DNA of 64,000 nucleotides from IMG/VR virus record IMGVR_UViG_3300027541_000009, positions 62,001 to 126,000 of that record. One strand, written 5' to 3'. The notes beneath the pieces were generated by a model that was not told the origin of the DNA, did not search any database, and saw nothing but the letters and a program-made list of their open reading frames with translations. Numbering within the stretch: position 1 is the first letter of the stretch; each line of letters begins with the position of its first letter. The position numbers were made by a program, and so were the translations under genes. This document shows, in pieces, positions 40,794 to 48,831 of the stretch.

Positions 40794-40794
40794 T

Positions 40795-40823
40795 AAAAGA
40801 GGGGTAATAACCCCTCTTTTTTT
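40795..40823 (+). terminator. Intrinsic terminator after nrdB
   Basis: AAAAGAGGGGT-AATA-ACCCCTCTTTT followed by Ts. Confidence 0.85.
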
Positions 40824-40862
40824 ATGAAAAAGATAAATAAAAATAAAGATCTTTTTATATTA

Positions 40863-42734
40863 ATGGATAAATCACAAAATATTTACGAAGCTTATCTTCA
40901 GGTTTATTCAGAAGGTATTGCATCAGAACATCCTGATATTTCTGGACAGAAGGAATTTGCCAAAAAGGCAGATGAAGAACTTGCACGTAGAAGAAAGGAA
41001 AGAGCAAAAAAATCGGGACCTCAACTTCCTAAGTTTTTAAAAACTAAGAAGGGTATTCAAATCGAAGAAAAGGATCATGAGTACTCAATGGCTCGAACTG
41101 AACTTCATAAAATTGATGGTGCAGTTAAAAAACTTCGTAAAAAATTAAAAGGTGAAGGTAATATTGAAGCTTGGGTGCAATCTAAAATTACGAGAGCAGC
41201 AGATTATTTAGATTCAGCATCAACTTATATTGAGAGTGGTGAGCACGATCATATTGAAGAAGATATTATGCTTGAAAGAGAAATGACTCCTTCTGAAGTT
41301 AGAAAGGAGAAAAGACTTAAAGGTAAATATGATGATAGTGGAATGAAGAAAAGTATGATTGATCAATATGGGGAAGAAAAAGGAAAGCAAGTATATTTTG
41401 CAACTATCCGTAAGCAAGCAATGGCAAACTCATTTGAACCAGAAGGTGAACAACTTGATGAGAATCCACTGGTCGGATTAGGACTTCGTGCAGGTGCTGC
41501 TGCACTTGGAGGTTATCTAGCAAGCAAGGGCATGGAGGCAGCAAAGAAAAAAGTAGATTCTACAATTGATAAAGCAAGAAAAACTTCACCTATTGGTGGT
41601 GAGAGATATTCTTCACAATTAAATCAATTAAAGCAATCAATTGATTATGATGGTGAAACCTTAGAAGAGAAAAAACTTTCAAGAACTGAAAGAAGAGAAC
41701 AAAATCAAGGTAAAAAGAAAAAAGGTGGTGCAGTTCATGCTTACGATATGGACGAAACTTTGTTTGGTCATGACCATTCAAAAGTAAAAGTTCATGTAAA
41801 AGATGATAAAGGAAAGAGAGTACAGAGTCTCACTAATCAAGAGTTTAATACTCACAAACTTCCAAAAGGACATTCTTATGACTTTGGTGAATTCCGTAGT
41901 TCTAAAGTCTTTACAAAATCAGCTAAACCTAATAAAGGAATTATCAAAAAGTTAAAGAAGCAAGTAAAGCAAGGTAAAAACGTTCATATCATTACTGCTC
42001 GTGGTGATATGGATGATCAAAAAACCTTTTCAAAACACTTGAAAAAACACGGTATTAATATTGAAAAAGGTGGAAAAAATTATGTTCATGTCCATCGTGC
42101 AGGAAATGTAGAAGGTGGTGACATTGGTGAAAAGAAAAAAACCATCCTTCATGGTTTAATGAAGAAAGCAGGTACTAAAAAAGGTCATATGTATGATGAT
42201 GCGGCAAAAGTGCATAAAGCAATGGAAAAGGCCAATAAAGAAACAGTATCTGGTCCAAAAGTTAAAACTCACATGGTAAAACCAAATAAGGAGGGTAAAG
42301 TCGTGTCACGTTCTTATCAAGCAACTAAGGAAGAATTTGAAGTTATTTTAGATTTTATTCTAGAGCAACTTGTAGATCAGGGTTATGTAGAAAATCTAGA
42401 TTCTGCATTGGATTTAGTAGATACATTTGAAGAGGATTATGTAGATGATTTAATTTCACAGAGTATTGGATTACTTTCAGAATCTGTAGAAGATGAATCT
42501 GCTTTAAAATTTGGATACGTATCTAGATTTACAAATAGAACTGAAAATACAATCGAAGAGGATGACGAACAACTAACACCATATGAGTATTGGAAAACAT
42601 TTATTGGTGAAGATGATATTCAAGAAGAAGTTGAAGAAGAGGTTATTTCAGAAGAAGTAATTGTAGAGAATAAAAAAGAAACTACTTATGAACAGTGGAA
42701 AAAATTTATTGAACAAAGAGAAGTTCAAAAATGA
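40863..42734 (+). CDS. Modular protein containing a HAD-family phosphatase domain
   Basis: AYDMDETLF (DxDxT), IITARG and MYDD motifs within basic modules separated by IEE/LDE/LEE; start may be 40824 or 40863. Confidence 0.7.
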   Translation: MDKSQNIYEAYLQVYSEGIASEHPDISGQKEFAKKADEELARRRKERAKKSGPQLPKFLKTKKGIQIEEKDHEYSMARTELHKIDGAVKKLRKKLKGEGNIEAWVQSKITRAADYLDSASTYIESGEHDHIEEDIMLEREMTPSEVRKEKRLKGKYDDSGMKKSMIDQYGEEKGKQVYFATIRKQAMANSFEPEGEQLDENPLVGLGLRAGAAALGGYLASKGMEAAKKKVDSTIDKARKTSPIGGERYSSQLNQLKQSIDYDGETLEEKKLSRTERREQNQGKKKKGGAVHAYDMDETLFGHDHSKVKVHVKDDKGKRVQSLTNQEFNTHKLPKGHSYDFGEFRSSKVFTKSAKPNKGIIKKLKKQVKQGKNVHIITARGDMDDQKTFSKHLKKHGINIEKGGKNYVHVHRAGNVEGGDIGEKKKTILHGLMKKAGTKKGHMYDDAAKVHKAMEKANKETVSGPKVKTHMVKPNKEGKVVSRSYQATKEEFEVILDFILEQLVDQGYVENLDSALDLVDTFEEDYVDDLISQSIGLLSESVEDESALKFGYVSRFTNRTENTIEEDDEQLTPYEYWKTFIGEDDIQEEVEEEVISEEVIVENKKETTYEQWKKFIEQREVQK

Positions 42735-42991
42735 TCGATAATGCAGTAAGTGAACTTGAAAAAAACCTTCCTAAACTTAGGAAGGTTTCATACTCATCTA
42801 TTGATTCACTAATGAGACGTATTATGAGAAAGTATGATGTTACTGCAAAGGAACTTCATTTCTCTTTTAAAGATAAACATCATAAAACTCCAGATGAGTG
42901 GATCAAAGAAAAAAATTCTTTAAAAGAAATGAAGACTTTTGATGAGTTTTATGAAACTTGTATGTTATTAATGTTTAAAAATGAAATTTAA
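42731..42991 (+). CDS. Small hypothetical protein
   Basis: YSSIDSLMR...ELHFSFKDKHHKTPDEW module; C-terminal MKTFDEFYE. Confidence 0.65.
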   Translation: MIDNAVSELEKNLPKLRKVSYSSIDSLMRRIMRKYDVTAKELHFSFKDKHHKTPDEWIKEKNSLKEMKTFDEFYETCMLLMFKNEI

Positions 42992-43454
42992 TTTTTCTTT
43001 CGGTAAGAAAAGAAGAGGAATTATAGAGTGGGCAAAACTCTCTATAATTTTTGAAAGTATTATTGAGTTTTTGTCAAATAAATTTAATATTGATAAAAAA
43101 AGACTCTGGGATATTGTAGATGAACTTCAAAGAGAACTTTTAAAAAGAGGTTGGATTGATGATACTGTGAATGAGTATGTCATCAATACTCCAGAATTAT
43201 TGGATCAACGAGTTGAACGTGATGTAGATAGAGCAATCGAAGAATATAAACAACTGGAAGAATCAGAACCAGTGAATATGAAGAATGAGGTGATATTAAA
43301 AGAAATAGAAAAAGATAAGTATACTAAAACTCAAAAGAAGATTGTAAAGGATGCAGTATATTATGAAAAACAACCAGATGGCAGTAAGGCACAGGAACTT
43401 TTAGGTGGAGATATTGGTATAAGAGGAATTTGGGAAATTGATAAAGATAAATAA
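42981..43454 (+). CDS. Hypothetical protein, paralogue of 50071..50475
   Basis: Shares the FNFxFGKK start, LWDxxDE, VERDVDxAI and AQxLLGG. Confidence 0.7.
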   Translation: MKFNFSFGKKRRGIIEWAKLSIIFESIIEFLSNKFNIDKKRLWDIVDELQRELLKRGWIDDTVNEYVINTPELLDQRVERDVDRAIEEYKQLEESEPVNMKNEVILKEIEKDKYTKTQKKIVKDAVYYEKQPDGSKAQELLGGDIGIRGIWEIDKDK

Positions 43455-43489
43455 TATTAATAAAAGTACTTTTCAATGCTCAAAGAAAG

Positions 43490-45931
43490 ATGAAAAAAGA
43501 GAATTTGGATGATTTGAAGGTTTTATACGAGAGTGTCTATGATGAAGAATATTTAAATGAAGCACCAGGTGGTCCCGCAAGGTTTTGGGATAGCAATATG
43601 GGCAGGTTTGTCACAAAAGTTACAAATGCTGCTAAATCTGCAGGAGAGTATCTTGCCCCATCCCCAGAAAGGTCTGCTGAACCATCAGTTCGTGCTGGTG
43701 TTAGAACACCAACTACTGGATTTTCTCATGTCCAAAGTATGGATAAAGCACCAACATCAGCAGCAAGAGAAACTAGAGCACAAAGAGAAGCAAGAATATC
43801 AAGAGCACAAGATGCTGCAATTGCTGCTGCAGAAAGGGCAGAAAAAGCAAAAGCAAAAGAAAGAGCAGCAACAACTCCTGCTACAACTCCAGCAAGACCA
43901 ACAGTAACTACACCTGCGGCAACTTCTCCAGCAGCAAAACCAGCAACACCAGGAGCAGGAGCAAAGGTTGCACCAACTGCTGCAGCAAGACCAACAAGTT
44001 CACCTGCAACTGCAACGACTGCACAAAAGATTAAAGGTGGATTGGATGTTTATAAGTCTCAAGTTAAGTCTGGAGATATAAAAGGTGCAGAAGCAACTGG
44101 AAAATCAACTTGGGCATTGGCAAACCCAACACTTGCAAACAAACAAAAAACTCCCAATCCACTATTGCAAGATAATGAAATTAGTAAAATGAAATCTGCT
44201 TCAGTAATGAGGCAGAATAATATATCATTACCAGGTGCAAAAAATCCTACAAGTTCCGATATTTCAATGTCACAACAAAAAGCAAAAGCACAAGAAATTG
44301 TAAAGAGTGGTAAAGTAGAAGCATTGAAACAATCATTTGAATGGGGATCAACTTCTAAAATTGTTGATGATATTGCAGATGCTTATGCTTCAATCTATGA
44401 AGCAAAGAAAAAAGTAGACCAAGACAAAGATGGTGATAATGACTTTGCAGACGTAAGAATTGCAAGAATGATTGCCTCTGGTGTTCCAAAAGAAAAAGCA
44501 ATCGCAGCAGTTAAGAATAAACCATACAATGAAGAATTTGAATCTTGGATTGATTCTCTTGTGGAGGAAGGTTATGACCTTTCTGATTATACTATGGAAG
44601 AAATGTTTGATATTTATCTTAGTGAAGCAGAAGGTTCATATGGAGAAACTCCAAAGGCATATAGTGCAGCATTCAAAACCAAGATGACTGCAAAGAGAAA
44701 ACCTTTCCTCAAGAAAATGATGAGCAGAACTAATCCTGCAAATAGAAAGGATGCTTATGATTCTCCAAGAAAGGGCATGACTGCTTCTGATAGAGAGGAA
44801 GCAAGAGCTGGTGCAGCACATGGTTCCCCTAGAGGACATGATTATCCTTCACAAGGTCCTGGTGGAATAACCAAGAGTGCTAAGAAACTCCGTAAGCAAA
44901 AGGCAATGGGTGAGTTTGGTGAAGCATATGAAATTGATGAAGCAACTAGAATGAGAAAGGAACTCGGTAAGGAAGGTGAAATTGCAACTCGTAAGGAACT
45001 TGCAGCACGTTCTAAATCATTCAAACGTTCTGGTAGTGTAGATAAGACAATTGCAGCAGCAGAAAGAGGTGCCGATAGACCTTATATTAAGCACAAACGT
45101 GATGAATCTGATTCTGACAGAAAAGCAAGAGAAGAAAAGCAAAGTAGAACACTAAGAGGACTTGCTGCTTCGAGAAGAGGGTCTGTAAGGGATAAACCAA
45201 GAGCAGGAATGAGAGGATATGCTGCTAAGGTAGAGGGTTCTGATAGGGACCTACAATCTGCAAGAGGTTCTGCCAGAAGTGCAGGAACTCTTACCCCTGC
45301 GGAAAAGCAAAAGTTAAATGATAATTTTAATAAATATCAAAAGGGATCACAAGAACTATCCGAGAAATCAATTATGTCAAACAATCATCAAATTTACGAA
45401 GTAGTGGCAAGCTACCTGCTAGAGAATAATCTAGCAGAATCTGTTGATAGTGCAAATGCTATCATGGAAAATATGAGTTCCCAGTGGATTTCTGGCATTA
45501 TTCAAGAGTACAATGAATATGTAGAAAACTATAATATGTTTGTAGAATGTCTCGATGAATTAGGTTATGATCTATCAGAAATGTCAGATTACGATTTGGA
45601 AGAAGCATATGGTGATCTTTCAACTAGAAAACTGATTTTCACTGAAGCAAGAGCAAAGGGTGTAAAGGCATATAAGCCTGCTCCAACTCAAGCAGAAATT
45701 AGAGCAAATGAAAGAAAAGCTCGTAAAAAGCATGTAGAATCTGGTAGTGATAAGTCAGGTTATGGTCCTGATGAAAAATTCTATAAGCCAGAAGATAAGA
45801 AGGTTCCCGATAAGGAAACTGCAGAATGGTTCAGAAGAGTAGGACACAAGAAAAAGTTCGGCAGACCTTTTGGTAAATATCAACCAAGTGCAATCAAATT
45901 TGGTGATATCAAGAGAATGGGTCTCAAGTGA
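43490..45931 (+). CDS. Very large modular hypothetical protein (polyprotein-like)
   Basis: 813 aa with a Pro/Ala/Thr-rich linker, DKDGDNDFAD motif, repeated acidic GYDLS modules and basic modules. Confidence 0.75.
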   Translation: MKKENLDDLKVLYESVYDEEYLNEAPGGPARFWDSNMGRFVTKVTNAAKSAGEYLAPSPERSAEPSVRAGVRTPTTGFSHVQSMDKAPTSAARETRAQREARISRAQDAAIAAAERAEKAKAKERAATTPATTPARPTVTTPAATSPAAKPATPGAGAKVAPTAAARPTSSPATATTAQKIKGGLDVYKSQVKSGDIKGAEATGKSTWALANPTLANKQKTPNPLLQDNEISKMKSASVMRQNNISLPGAKNPTSSDISMSQQKAKAQEIVKSGKVEALKQSFEWGSTSKIVDDIADAYASIYEAKKKVDQDKDGDNDFADVRIARMIASGVPKEKAIAAVKNKPYNEEFESWIDSLVEEGYDLSDYTMEEMFDIYLSEAEGSYGETPKAYSAAFKTKMTAKRKPFLKKMMSRTNPANRKDAYDSPRKGMTASDREEARAGAAHGSPRGHDYPSQGPGGITKSAKKLRKQKAMGEFGEAYEIDEATRMRKELGKEGEIATRKELAARSKSFKRSGSVDKTIAAAERGADRPYIKHKRDESDSDRKAREEKQSRTLRGLAASRRGSVRDKPRAGMRGYAAKVEGSDRDLQSARGSARSAGTLTPAEKQKLNDNFNKYQKGSQELSEKSIMSNNHQIYEVVASYLLENNLAESVDSANAIMENMSSQWISGIIQEYNEYVENYNMFVECLDELGYDLSEMSDYDLEEAYGDLSTRKLIFTEARAKGVKAYKPAPTQAEIRANERKARKKHVESGSDKSGYGPDEKFYKPEDKKVPDKETAEWFRRVGHKKKFGRPFGKYQPSAIKFGDIKRMGLK

Positions 45932-45950
45932 TCGATTGATTTAACTTTTT

Positions 45951-45978
45951 AAAACCTCTCCGAAAGGGGAGGTTTTTT
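45951..45978 (+). terminator. Intrinsic terminator
   Basis: AAAACCTCTCC-GAAA-GGGGAGGTTTT followed by Ts. Confidence 0.85.
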
Positions 45979-46021
45979 ATTGCAAAATAATAAATAAATT
46001 TGACCCCACACTAAAATAAAA

Positions 46022-46402
46022 ATGAATTATCAAGAGTTTAAAGATTTATCGGAAGCATATCAACAAATTTATGCTTCAATTGAAGAAGAATTAGACATTT
46101 ATAATACTGTAATCGAATTCCTTTGTCTAGAGGGTTATGCCTCTACTTTAGATGAAGCAAATTGGATGGTAGCAAATGAATTAACTGAAAAAGACATACA
46201 TGATATTTTAGAAGCTACTAAATGGATTCAAAAAGCTATTAAAAAACCAGGAGCATTGAGTAAATCTTTAGGAGTTCCTGAGGAAAAGAATATCCCTGCC
46301 AAAAAACTTGCTGCTGCAGCAAAAAAAGGTGGCAAGTTGGGTAAGAGAGCAAGACTAGCTCAAACATTAAGAAAATTAGCAAGAAGAAAAAAGAAAGGAT
46401 AA
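46022..46402 (+). CDS. Acidic leader fused to a highly basic module
   Basis: C-terminal KWIQKAIKKPGAL...IPAKKL...GKRARLAQTLRK. Confidence 0.75.
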   Translation: MNYQEFKDLSEAYQQIYASIEEELDIYNTVIEFLCLEGYASTLDEANWMVANELTEKDIHDILEATKWIQKAIKKPGALSKSLGVPEEKNIPAKKLAAAAKKGGKLGKRARLAQTLRKLARRKKKG

Positions 46403-46406
46403 TTTC

Positions 46407-46434
46407 TTGACAAGTATTCAAATCTTGCTATAAT
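46407..46434 (+). promoter_or_regulatory. Consensus sigma70 promoter facing the minus-strand nuclease
   Basis: TTGACA-16 nt-TATAAT. Confidence 0.65.
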
Positions 46435-46461
46435 AACCCTGTGGAGTTTGAAGAATTACTA

Positions 46462-46514
46462 TATTAAAGAGTAATAAAACTATTAAGATATAAAACTCTT
46501 ATTACTCTTTAATA
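46462..46514. repeat. Perfect 16 bp inverted repeat across the 3' end of the GIY-YIG gene
   Basis: TATTAAAGAGTAATAA (46462-77) and TTATTACTCTTTAATA (46499-514). Confidence 0.9.
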
Positions 46515-46914
46515 CTACTTCATAAATTGTAGTCTTTTCACTTGAGAAGAATTTTCCTTCAATATTGGTGTTGTAATATTCATCACTCATTAAAACATTT
46601 CTATTAAATTGTTCATACATTTCATAGTATGACATGGATTTTTTATGAGGACATAAGTACAAGATTTCTCTAGTAAAATTTTCTTTTCCTATTTCTTTTA
46701 CGTCTTTAGTTAATTCATCACAAGATCCGAAATAATTTTTCCAATTACTTTCTTTAGTTTTCCTTCTTCCTGTTTTTGGATCCTTTCTTCTAACCCAAAA
46801 ATGTTTTTTTCCAATATATTTTTTGTTGTTAGTTGTATTAGTAATCAAATATACAAAACCTTCTAGATTTTTTGTGACTTCAATAAAATCTTCATCATTA
46901 TATTTCCAATTCAT
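46483..46914 (-). CDS. GIY-YIG (Seg-like) nuclease, catalytic domain only; the sole convincing minus-strand gene
   Basis: FVYLITN...KKYIGKK, YFGS, REIL and YYN motifs; TATAAATT late-like box upstream on the minus strand. Confidence 0.85.
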   Translation of the reverse strand: MNWKYNDEDFIEVTKNLEGFVYLITNTTNNKKYIGKKHFWVRRKDPKTGRRKTKESNWKNYFGSCDELTKDVKEIGKENFTREILYLCPHKKSMSYYEMYEQFNRNVLMSDEYYNTNIEGKFFSSEKTTIYEVVLKSNKSFIS

Positions 46915-47053
46915 TAAGATATCTTATTTTGTTTAATTTATATAGTAAGATAATTTAGTTTATTATATTCTTGTCATTTGATCAGTAATCAGGTAGAATA
47001 CAAGACTACAAGTAATATTGTAGTCAACAGAAGTTTGAATATAAAAAGATATT

Positions 47054-47242
47054 ATGGCAAAAAATGAAAAGATTAAAGAAATCTTCGGAGAAACGAAAAA
47101 ATATTTTATTAGTAGAATTAATGAGTTATGTGAGGAAAACCGAACTCTAGATGCATGTGCAATGCATGATGAACTCCGAGAGTGGTTGATAGAGCAGGAA
47201 AAACCGACCATTCTTACCGTAAGACGCAAGAGTAGGATCTGA
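47054..47242 (+). CDS. Small hypothetical protein
   Basis: 62 aa ORF followed by a TTGACA promoter-like site. Confidence 0.55.
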   Translation: MAKNEKIKEIFGETKKYFISRINELCEENRTLDACAMHDELREWLIEQEKPTILTVRRKSRI

Positions 47243-47280
47243 TATTGACAAATCAATAAATAATAACTCATAATATTTTT

Positions 47281-47390
47281 TCATCTTTCCTTCGGGATCA
47301 GATGATTTTTGACTTAGAGCCGTGGGGATTCCCCCTTGAAAAAGGGGATGTGCGGTTTCCCTATACGGATGTAGAATTCTGTACGTATTA
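47281..47390 (+). ncRNA. Candidate structured 5' leader RNA
   Basis: TCATCT/AGATGA stem with a TCC-TTCG-GGA tetraloop; CCGT/ACGG and TCCCC/GGGGA stems; GC-rich island in AT-rich DNA. Confidence 0.45.
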
Positions 47391-48059
47391 ATGCAAAGTT
47401 TCTTTACAGTAGCCCTGCCTCTTCTGGCAACGGTTACAACCAGTACGGCATCACTGCCATTCGTCAACTACAAGATGCAGGGGCCTCCCCCTCCAATTGA
47501 ACCAACAACCAAACCATTTGCTATTATCAAAGAATTTGATCTTGTAGATGAAAAGAAGACAGCAATCCGAGAGGTTGCTCCCGAAAAACCAAAAGAGAAA
47601 AGGCTAATTTGTAAAGGGTGTAATAATCATGAAAATACTGCTTTAGCATATTTTCAAAATATTGGTATCAAAGATAAAAACGCCCTTGCTACTATCATGG
47701 GCAATATTAAGCAGGAATCTATGTTTGTGCCTAATATTTGCGAAGGTGGTAGCAGAACCTCATACTATAATTGTGGAAGAGGTTATGGTTTGATACAATT
47801 TACTTCTGCTTCTCGTTATTATGGACTGGGTGCTTTTGCTAAAAAAATAGGAGGTAATCCTTCTACTGCTGATACTCAACTTCGGTATATTACTACTGAA
47901 CCACAATGGAAGAGTATTGAAAACAGAATGAAAGTTTCTGGAAAATCTATTGATAGGTATATGAATTATGCCTACGAATGGATTGGATGGGGACACCATG
48001 GAGCAAGAACACAATATGCTTATGACTATGCTAAACGATTGGTTCTTGCTGATGTCTAA
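47391..48059 (+). CDS. Lysozyme-like cell-wall hydrolase (phage tail lysozyme family) with an N-terminal hydrophobic segment
   Basis: ATIMGNIKQES and GYGLIQFT motifs. Confidence 0.75.
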   Translation: MQSFFTVALPLLATVTTSTASLPFVNYKMQGPPPPIEPTTKPFAIIKEFDLVDEKKTAIREVAPEKPKEKRLICKGCNNHENTALAYFQNIGIKDKNALATIMGNIKQESMFVPNICEGGSRTSYYNCGRGYGLIQFTSASRYYGLGAFAKKIGGNPSTADTQLRYITTEPQWKSIENRMKVSGKSIDRYMNYAYEWIGWGHHGARTQYAYDYAKRLVLADV

Positions 48060-48099
48060 ATAACTTTACCTGACTTGCTGACACTTTTCAGGTGGGATT

Positions 48100-48120
48100 G
48101 GAGTGCTTCGGCACTCCTTT
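48100..48120 (+). terminator. Intrinsic terminator hairpin
   Basis: GGAGTGC-TTCG-GCACTCC-TTT. Confidence 0.75.
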
Positions 48121-48124
48121 CTTG

Positions 48125-48132
48125 TATAAATA
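48125..48132 (+). promoter_or_regulatory. T4-type late promoter inside a long-range RBS-occluding stem
   Basis: TATAAATA between arms 48070-83 and 48137-50. Confidence 0.8.
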
Positions 48133-48156
48133 GTAATGTCAGCAAGTTAGAGTAGT

Positions 48157-48816
48157 ATGAAACACTTTTATGTGTATTATTCCTATGAGGAATATGGAAG
48201 AGGTTATATTGGAAAAAGAGAATGTAAATGTCTTCCAGAAGAAGATGTAAGTTATTTTGGAAGTTTCAAAGATAAAACTTTCAATCCAACTCAAAAAATA
48301 ATATTAGAAACTTTTGGGAGTGTTGAAGAAGCACTTGAAGCAGAATGTGCTCTCCACGATTTTTATGAAGTAGATAAAAATCCACACTTTGCTAATAGGG
48401 CAAAACAAACTTCTACTGGATTTTATTGTAATAAAGGTGCTGGTGAAGAAGCAAACAAGAAAAGAAGTGAGTTGATGAAAACAGAATACAATCCTATGAG
48501 TAATCCAAAACTCAAAGAGAAAGCAAGAAAAAACTTGATTAGAACTTTGAGTAATCCAGAAATGAGAAAACTAAAAAGTAGAGTTGGAAAGAAAGCACAC
48601 AATCGTCCAGAAGTAGTTGAGAACCATAGACAGGCAGCACTCAAATCTCATCAAAATCCAGAAACAAAAAGAAAACATATTGAGGCAAAACTTGGTGAGA
48701 AAAATCCTTGTTATGGTAAAAAGTGGATTACAAATGGAAATGAAAACAAATACATAAACTCTATTGATGAAGTTCCAAGTGGTTTTTGGTATGGTAGAGT
48801 TTTCATAAATACCTAA
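48157..48816 (+). mobile_element. Free-standing GIY-YIG homing endonuclease (Seg-like) with NUMOD-type C-terminal repeats
   Basis: FYVYYSY...GYIGKR, YFGS, ANRAKQT and GEKNPCYGKKWITNG. Confidence 0.85.
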
Positions 48817-48831
48817 AAAGTACTTATAAAG

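Noticed and set aside
43870-44020. Repeat-like ACAACTCC/GCAAC tract
   Set aside because: Explained by the Pro/Ala/Thr-rich linker of the 813 aa protein; not an independent DNA repeat.
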